DNA of 26,456 bases from Paramicrosporidium saccamoebae KSL3 (Eukaryota > Fungi > Cryptomycota): NCBI GenBank assembly GCA_002794465.1, contig MTSL01000187.1:8098-34553 (forward strand), read 5' to 3'. The notes beneath the pieces are model-generated. The model had not been told where the DNA came from and did not search any database. It saw only the letters and a list, made by a program, of their open reading frames with translations. Each line of letters begins with the position of its first letter. Within the stretch, counting starts at the first letter, position 1. Below, piece by piece: positions 19,775 to 26,456 of this stretch. Made by a program: the position numbers and the translations under genes.

Positions 19775-19906
19775 TGCTATTTATTCGAGCAGAAGGAAAC
19801 CTTTTCTCTCTGTGTAATTGCTATTTATCCGAGCGGAAGGAAACCTCTCTCTTTATAATTGCTATTTGTTTGAGCAGCAGGGAAACTCTTTTATTTCCCC
19901 TTTATA
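19775..19906. repeat. Three-unit degenerate tandem repeat (44, 41 and 47 nt)
   Basis: Units start at 19775, 19819 and 19860. Each reads TGCTATTT.T..GAGC.G.AGG(G)AAAC followed by a CT-rich tail. Confidence 0.88.
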
Positions 19907-20031
19907 GGCCCTCTAATACGATACGACTAATTAGCTAAAAGATGGAAACGATTACCATCGTCCCAGCGGGCGCCTTCAAACTTCCTCGTCTTGATTGATT
20001 ATTGACAAAAATAGCAGACGATTCTACTACT

Positions 20032-21183
20032 TCATAAGACTATGCGTTCCAATTCACTAATTCGGTCTTCTTCCTCTTTCAACACCATTTGATCAATAAA
20101 CTGGTCCAGTGATTTTCCGCCAAAAAAGGCCTCCAGTCCATGTATTGACACGCCAAGCCGATGGTCCGTGATCCTCGCCTGTGGAAAATTGTAAGTTCTA
20201 ATCTTATCAGAGCGTTCAGCTTGGCCAATTTGAGATTGTCGTGATGACTTTCTTGATGCATCCTGAGCAGATCTTTGCCGGTCATGTAGTTTTACCCTCA
20301 ACATTTCCATGGCCCGTGCTTTATTCTGCTGTGCGCAGCGTTCTTCTTGCACGGCAATGGCTGTGCCTGTCGGGAGATGTGTAATCCTAACTGCACTGTT
20401 CGTCTTGTTGACATGCTGACCTCCTGGCCCACTGCTTTTGAAAAAGTCGATTCGTAAATCCTTCTCCGATATATCAATCACGACGTCAGTGGACTGTGGC
20501 AAGAGTGCAACTGTGATAGTACTTGTGTGAACACGGCCTTGTGCATCCGTTTTGGGTATCCTCTGAACCCTGTGGACGCCGCTTTCATATTTTAGACGCC
20601 GAAATACTCCCTTCCCCTCAATGCTTATCATGGCTTCTCTAACTGCATCTCCTTGCTCTTCGGAAGCACTCACAACACGAAAAGCCCATCCTCGTAGAAC
20701 GCAGTATCGCTCATACATTCGCAGCATTTCTCCCGCAAACATGGCGGCTTCGTCTCCTCCTGCTCCGGATCTAATCTCCATAACTGCATTGCCATCTTCT
20801 TCCGGTTTCGGGGCTATTAAACAGCGTCTCAGCTGCCCCTCAAGCTCTTCCAAAACAACTTCCTCTCTTTTCATCTCCTCACCGGCCAATTCTCTCAAAA
20901 CTGTATCTTTATCTTCCAAAAGCATCCGATGCAGCTCATCCATATTTGCTTTTGCACTCTTCCATCTTCTAAAAGTCGTCGCCAGTTCTTCAATGTCTCC
21001 AATTTGCTTTCCAATTGACGAAATTTCCTGTGCGCTTAATTCAGTCTCAGAAAGCCGAGTGTTCAATAGCTGATATTTTTCATATATCTTTGAAATGTGT
21101 GCCTCGGTTTTTAGTGTGAGGAGTCGTCCATAGAATCTCTTCCTTGGCTGAAATTGTACGAACCAGACACGAATATGGCACAT
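20032..21183 (-). CDS. MRF1: Mitochondrial peptide chain release factor 1 (RF1/mtRF1a type), 383 aa
   Basis: EIRSGAGGDEAAMFA, YESGVHRVQRIPKT (PxT motif), SSGPGGQHVNKT (GGQ motif), RSDKIRTYNFPQARITDHR. The N-terminus is presequence-like. Confidence 0.97.
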   Translation of the reverse strand: MCHIRVWFVQFQPRKRFYGRLLTLKTEAHISKIYEKYQLLNTRLSETELSAQEISSIGKQIGDIEELATTFRRWKSAKANMDELHRMLLEDKDTVLRELAGEEMKREEVVLEELEGQLRRCLIAPKPEEDGNAVMEIRSGAGGDEAAMFAGEMLRMYERYCVLRGWAFRVVSASEEQGDAVREAMISIEGKGVFRRLKYESGVHRVQRIPKTDAQGRVHTSTITVALLPQSTDVVIDISEKDLRIDFFKSSGPGGQHVNKTNSAVRITHLPTGTAIAVQEERCAQQNKARAMEMLRVKLHDRQRSAQDASRKSSRQSQIGQAERSDKIRTYNFPQARITDHRLGVSIHGLEAFFGGKSLDQFIDQMVLKEEEDRISELERIVL

Positions 21184-21217
21184 CTAATCATTAACCGTTT
21201 TCTTTAATTCAGCGGAA

Positions 21218-22108
21218 ATGTTCGTTTTGCGGAGAAGCATTTTGATGCACCGAATATTGAACAGTATTAGCGCTCGCCGACCAATTTCCAGCCAGGAAAT
21301 GGTTGAAGATGATACCGGGAATGAAGACTTTTTTGCTGCCGCAATTGGGGCACCCACAGAATCAACCAGTTATCCCGCTTGGATTACGGGGATGCGAGCA
21401 AAGCTCTCTGTTGGCTCAGGGCCTGTATTTCTTGGAAAAAACTCTCCCTTCCCATACAATTCAGAGTTTCGTCCGTCGAAACCAGTAACTGACGAGTTTC
21501 GGACATTAGTGCTTGCGACTTGGGAGAGTGACCCGACAAGGTGGACTCCTCGACAACTTTCCATAAAGTTCAAAGTATCTATTGAACGAATCAAAGCGAT
21601 CATTAAGCTAAAGTTGCTGCAAAGGAAGATGGAATCGACCGGATTTCAGATCAATAGAAAGTATCTTAAACAAATGGAGACTCATTTGGGAGCTTCTATG
21701 CCCTCCATTCCCGAAGCGGATGGGAGGAATTTCAGCGTCACCGAGAATTTGCCACCGAAGCTCATTGCCATTCCTGAGGAAGCCAAGTTAAGCCATAACG
21801 AGGCTGCTGCACTGCTCGGTCGAGAGCTACGTCCGATTCATGAAGCAATTGACGCTGATTTGAACGGAGATGTTCCTTTTATTCCTCATAAAAAGCAGTC
21901 TTCGCCGGAAGAACTTGCAAAATTGATTATACAGACTGACCCATACGAACGGAGCAGATGGAAATTTGTTTTTACAGACATTTCGGCTGATGTGAAGCCC
22001 GCAGATCGACTAGTACTGATTAGAGAGCGAAATGGAAATCTTCGCAAAGCAGATACTTTTGAACAAGTCTACGAAGTCAAACAGATGAAGAATAGAGTTC
22101 AAAAATAG
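21218..22108 (+). CDS. MRPS35: Mitoribosomal small-subunit protein mS45 (yeast Mrps35 / S. pombe Bot1), 296 aa
   Basis: PFPYNSEFRPSKPVTDEFR...RQLSIKFKVSIERIKAIIKLK and SRWKFVFTDIS...VLIRERNGNLR match the Bot1p family pattern. The N-terminus is Arg-rich and presequence-like. Confidence 0.85.
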   Translation: MFVLRRSILMHRILNSISARRPISSQEMVEDDTGNEDFFAAAIGAPTESTSYPAWITGMRAKLSVGSGPVFLGKNSPFPYNSEFRPSKPVTDEFRTLVLATWESDPTRWTPRQLSIKFKVSIERIKAIIKLKLLQRKMESTGFQINRKYLKQMETHLGASMPSIPEADGRNFSVTENLPPKLIAIPEEAKLSHNEAAALLGRELRPIHEAIDADLNGDVPFIPHKKQSSPEELAKLIIQTDPYERSRWKFVFTDISADVKPADRLVLIRERNGNLRKADTFEQVYEVKQMKNRVQK

Positions 22109-22139
22109 TCAATCTAGTAAGAATTACAAAATTACAGAA

Positions 22140-25100
22140 TTACGGAATTGTGTCATTGCTGCCTCTAGGTGCCTGTGTTACTGTTTGTCTCAGCTCCTCC
22201 AGCAAAAGGCCGACATCGTCACTGGCGGACATTGCCGATAGCTGTCCCGTAGTTGCTGGTATAGTAGTAGGGGTAGAAATGGTTTGAACCGGCACGGTAG
22301 ATGTTTGGATCGTTGCGGCTGCGCGCGCAGCGGCCTCAACTGCAGCTAGTTCGGATGTGGGCGATGTTACACTATGCGACCATGGAGATTTGAGTTGGCT
22401 CCAGAGACTGTTCATGACACCTTTTATCTCACTAACGCCAGGCGACGACAGAGTTGTTTCTGCTTCCAACTTGATAGTTCTCTGGATCCCACCGGAAAGA
22501 AAGCTCTTGACCGCATCGAAACCTTGCACACATAATATGAATTCTTCCAAGCTCTGTTGTCTCTGCTCAATTTTCAACAACTGAGAGATCCCAGCCGTAA
22601 TATCCTCTTCCAGAGTTAGTTTAAGCAGTGCCTCGGTCATGCTAATGATTCCTTCATATGTTAATGATTCAGAGTCGCAGAATGCGCCAAATAACAATTC
22701 GCAATGTCCTTGCCAATCCAGCGTCACTAATTTATCCATCAGACACACGAGCTCCGCGAACGTAATTCGATCTTGCCGTTCCCGAGAAAACTCTTTAAAT
22801 AGATGTTCACAATACACGAGAACAGCAGAGGGTCTTTGTGGGGTATTCCCCCTCCGGGATCGATCGGGTAAGCGCCAGGTGGTGGTCGCAGACATAAAAG
22901 AGATGAAACAGTCGAGGTCACCGCCTTGAGGGAGGGCGGCGGCTGCACTTGAGTAGTATAGTGCTTTGCTAAATTCGCCGTAGAAAAATGTTACAGCGTC
23001 ACGGGAAATACTAAGCTTGCAAGAATCTACGACATCTCTAACTGTAGTTTTTCTAGTGTAATCTCCAATATTTTGAATAACCTTTAACTGATGTTCCTTT
23101 CGAAGCACCTCGATTCTATCCATTGTGACTACATCAGAAAAATCAGAGTGCGCCAATTTCAAAACGTGCTGAAACCTGGACATTGGACGATCCTCACCAG
23201 CGAATGTTTCCACCTGATCCAAAGAGCACATAAACTCACGCAGTATGCGAACCATTTCGCCATCTTCATAAACATCCATCAAGATTGACGAGTTGCACTT
23301 TAAAACTTCCAATGCAAACCGAAAGAGAAACGGAACACCATCGAGGAAGAACCAATCCAAAATCCTTAGCGCCTGCTGTAGCGGCATTGATGACAAATAG
23401 AGCGTCAAAAACCAGGGAGTCGTAGCGACAGAAAGTTGGATATCATTTGCTTTAAAGTGGGCGGATAATAGGGGCAGGTGTCTCCGGACGAGGATCTCAA
23501 AAACTTGTTGATCAAGGATGGCTCCCCACATGTTGGTGGAGTAATATCCAGGTAATGCTCTTCCACATAGATATTTTAGTAGCCAGAATGCTTGCTCCTC
23601 GTTTGCAAATATTAGCAAAACTGAAGTCACGATATTCATTGCCTGGCAGTAGCCCAGCTCGGGATCATGCCATGCATACGCCTGGAGTACCCTTCGAAGC
23701 ATTTGAATTCCTTCGTCCTTTTGATATGCAGGATATTCCGGCAGACTCCTATGACAAGGTCAGATGCTAAAAAGGACGAGTACCGACAAAGATCTTTTTC
23801 AATCTCCTCCAACGCCAAGGAACTCTTTCCTTCATTCAAGTCCAAAGTTTGCTTGTACAGAGAGGGTGAAAAAAATCGAGAATACAGCGATCCACAGCAA
23901 ATCTCCCACATTTCTCCTCGAAGTCTATTTGGGAGGCCAGCGCGTACAAGTCTTGCAAAGTATGGGGCCTTTAACATGGAAAAGTTCCGACCATACTCTG
24001 AAAAGTAGCCACCCCAATATTCATATAAGATAGTCTGCATCTTTTTACTTGGAAGGGTCGCGTGATTAGAATCAGTGGACTCGCCAGGAAATCCAAATAT
24101 AGGTCCCAAACCCTCGGCAACAACGGCACATCGCTCCTCGCCCATTATGAGTTGCTCGGATGGAAGAGTGGCCAGAAAAGGACCCAGCTGTTCTTTGGCC
24201 AACTTTGCGTTATCAAGAAGAACTTCTTTTAGTCGAAAGCAAAATCGATCACATTGTCTCACACTTCCACCCACGCTGAGATAGACTTTCTGATGGTGGC
24301 AGGTAGTTAGAGCGACTCCGTACAGTTCATCAGTGTTCTTTCCAGCTTCATTTTGTTGGAAAACCTTTTCCATACGACGGATCGCACAAGTTGGGATTGT
24401 AAGCCGCGTGTCTGTGGACGAAAAGAGTACAAATCGTCTTGTCAGAAAAAGCTCCCCACGGTAGATTTCATCTGGCCTGTGTTCCATCCATAACACACTC
24501 CACGACTGCTCAACGAGTTCCTCCCCTGGGGGAACATTAAATAAAGATTGGATGAGGACATCTTTTTTCTGTCTATCAAGGCCTTCCTTTAGTGTCGGGG
24601 TGCCGGTGACGTCGGTAGATGACAGGCTAGGACTTGACTGTGATAGATCTGATCCAGGCTCAGTGCGAGTGGTTCTCAATAGTCTATGGAGCGCCCTGTT
24701 CACCAACGATTGTAATAATTCGTAGGCTTCGTCGCGCCGGAAAAGGTTCGAAAACCTCAACTCGCGCCCTTCTGATGTCTTTACATAGACGGTGTCAGGG
24801 AGCAGGGTTTTCTTGGATCTTTCCTTTCTAATCTCGGTAATGTTCTTTAATTCAACCAAAATCTTGCTCTCAACTCCAAAAACATAGGAGTAATAAGCCA
24901 AGTAATGCTCAGAAATGTACATCCAGCCCTGACTAAGTAGGCCACCACCAGAGGAACACGAAAAATAATTAACGAGTCTCTCAGTGGCAGAGAGTGAAAA
25001 TGTTTGCCTGAATGCACGAGCCGTTGCTCTGAATCTCTCATCGCCAGCGGCTTCGTCCGTGCCAGCCACTTCCTCAGATACTTGGGCTTCGATTTTTGCA

Positions 25101-25423
25101 CAAATTGCACGAACGGCCGAGCCATGGTCCTCAGAGTCGACCAAGTTGGCGTGTATCCACTCCCAGGCCGACTCAATATCTCGGCGAGAGTCACCCACAG
25201 CAATGGTCAGGGCAGCGTCCCCCGATAACAGTTTTACGGGTGAAGTCTTTAGTAGAATACGAAAAGGTGCCTGTCGGACATCAAACATTGCCTGTAATGT
25301 TCCCATGACACTTCCCCACAGCGATTCCTGTTCCACAGTATTCCTTTGTAGCACAAAGTAGTCATCCTCGATCACTGTCTCCCACAGTGGCGTTACCTCA
25401 CAAGCAGATGGAACAATCCACAT
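22140..25423 (-). CDS. GYP2: GRAM-TBC Rab GTPase-activating protein (Gyp2/Mdr1; TBC1D8/9 family), ~1082 aa, 2 exons
   Basis: N-terminus MWIVP...LW...YFVLQR, two GRAM-like regions, and a TBC domain with EIEKDLCR|SLPEY and GYCQAMN fingers. The 35-nt intron 23783-23749 has branch TCTGAC. An EF-hand-like region follows. Confidence 0.92.
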
Positions 25424-25462
25424 GATAGGGATTTGTGATTAAAGTAAAATCATTTTGCTATT

Positions 25463-26296
25463 ATGTCTGCGCCAGCCGGAAGGAGACAGCATTTTCCACC
25501 GCAGCATCCACAACAAAACACACAGCAACACCCACCGCAGCAGGCATATACAAGTCCCCAACCTCAAGTAGTATATGACCAGAGTACCTATGCACAACAT
25601 AACCAGCCGCCTCAGGGCGATGGACTGTCATTTTATCCCACATCATATGCTCCTAATTTCGCCGCTCCCCCAGCGGGAGGGTCGCGGTCACAGACGACTC
25701 CTTCCTCCAATAACAGCTATGGCATAATGACAGCCTCACAACCGGTCTCTTGGCTGGCTGCTCTTGGCACGGGCGGATTGTCGGACGAGCCTACTTTACT
25801 TGAAGAATTGGAAATCAATCCAAGTCACATTCGATACAAGACAATTGCTGTACTGAATCCAGTGCGGACCATTGACAAGCACATTATGGATGACACGGAT
25901 CTTGTCGGTCCACTGCTCTTTTGTCTTTTATTTGGCGTATCTCTGTTGCTTGCCGGCAAGGTCCACTTTGGCTACATTTATGGAGTGGCCCTAATGGGCT
26001 GGATTTCTATCTATGGGATTTTAAACTTGATGAGTGAATGTGGAATTGATACACTCAGGACTGCCAGCGTTCTTGGATACTGTTTGCTTCCAATGGTCTT
26101 GCTCTCTTTTACGTCCATTCTACTCCCCCTCCAGGGAATAATGGGCCTGATACTGGGTGGAGTCACTGTGCTGTGGTGCACAAGTTCTAGTGCAAACATG
26201 TTTGCCACGGCTCTGAGCATGAAAGAGCAGAGGTTCCTTGTTGCCTATCCAGTGGGACTGTTTTACTTTTGCTTTGCCTTGATGACTGTATTTTAA
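25463..26296 (+). CDS. YIP1: Yip1/YIPF5 Rab-interacting Golgi membrane protein, 277 aa
   Basis: EPTLLEELEINPSHI, DTDLVGPLLFCL, GKVHFGYIYG, SVLGYCLLP and LVAYPVGLFY. Confidence 0.96.
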   Translation: MSAPAGRRQHFPPQHPQQNTQQHPPQQAYTSPQPQVVYDQSTYAQHNQPPQGDGLSFYPTSYAPNFAAPPAGGSRSQTTPSSNNSYGIMTASQPVSWLAALGTGGLSDEPTLLEELEINPSHIRYKTIAVLNPVRTIDKHIMDDTDLVGPLLFCLLFGVSLLLAGKVHFGYIYGVALMGWISIYGILNLMSECGIDTLRTASVLGYCLLPMVLLSFTSILLPLQGIMGLILGGVTVLWCTSSSANMFATALSMKEQRFLVAYPVGLFYFCFALMTVF

Positions 26297-26456
26297 GAAC
26301 ATTATAAATATGGGGGTCGAGTAAAGACCCTTTATTCCTGTCCCTGATCCGTAATTATACCATCTCACAATAAGAATCCAAAGAGTCTGATAAAGGAATC
26401 TTGCTGTCGCGTAGTGGGGATAATACCACAGACGGGAAGGGGGGTTGTTTACTGCT

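Noticed and set aside
19807-19813. U6 ACAGAGA box on the minus strand
   Set aside because: The downstream U6 sequence (AGATTAGCATGGCC) is absent; it is part of the CT-rich repeat tail.
19775-19906. CRISPR-like array (repeats ending in GAAAC)
   Set aside because: Only 3 degenerate units, the would-be spacers resemble each other, there are no cas genes, and the context is eukaryotic.
9513-25423. Split ORFs read as frameshifts, pseudogenes or stop-codon readthrough
   Set aside because: Each break is resolved by a 26-37 nt GT-AG intron that restores conserved motifs in frame.
26312-26332. Hairpin GGGGGTC-GAGTAAA-GACCCTT after YIP1
   Set aside because: A short stem expected by chance; bacterial-type terminators are irrelevant in this context.
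247-26368. Numerous 60-155 aa antisense or alternative-frame ORFs in the track
   Set aside because: They are shadows of well-supported genes, many start at TTG or GTG, and they have no independent motifs.

Overview
This is eukaryotic nuclear DNA, not prokaryotic. It is very compact: about 20 protein-coding genes and 2 tRNAs in 26.5 kb, roughly one gene per 1.3 kb. Many ORFs in the supplied track are exons joined by tiny GT-AG introns; I reconstructed 14, all 26-37 nt. Recognisable genes: Sec1, transaldolase, mitoribosomal uS5m, Sgf29, homoserine dehydrogenase, TMEM234, an SDR oxidoreductase, an MMS1/DDB1-like beta-propeller, mitochondrial TrpRS, ETF-beta, a forkhead factor, mitochondrial RF1, mS45/Bot1, a GRAM-TBC Rab-GAP (Gyp2/TBC1D9 type), Yip1, tRNA-Ile(AAT) and tRNA-Thr(AGT). 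Fungal-type proteins, extreme compaction and retained mitochondrial translation suggest an early-branching microsporidia relative (Rozellomycota-like); this is inference only. The most unusual observations are: (1) tiny GTA...TAG introns that mostly lack the normally conserved +5 G; (2) four head-to-head gene pairs with start codons only 29-39 bp apart, two of them functionally matched; (3) a three-gene orphan block next to tRNA-Ile, with two related hydrophilin-like proteins and a secreted Cys/His-tailed protein; (4) a 3-unit repeat of about 44 nt in an intergenic gap. I found no mobile element, CRISPR array or defence system. All protein assignments come from motif recognition by eye, without database searches.
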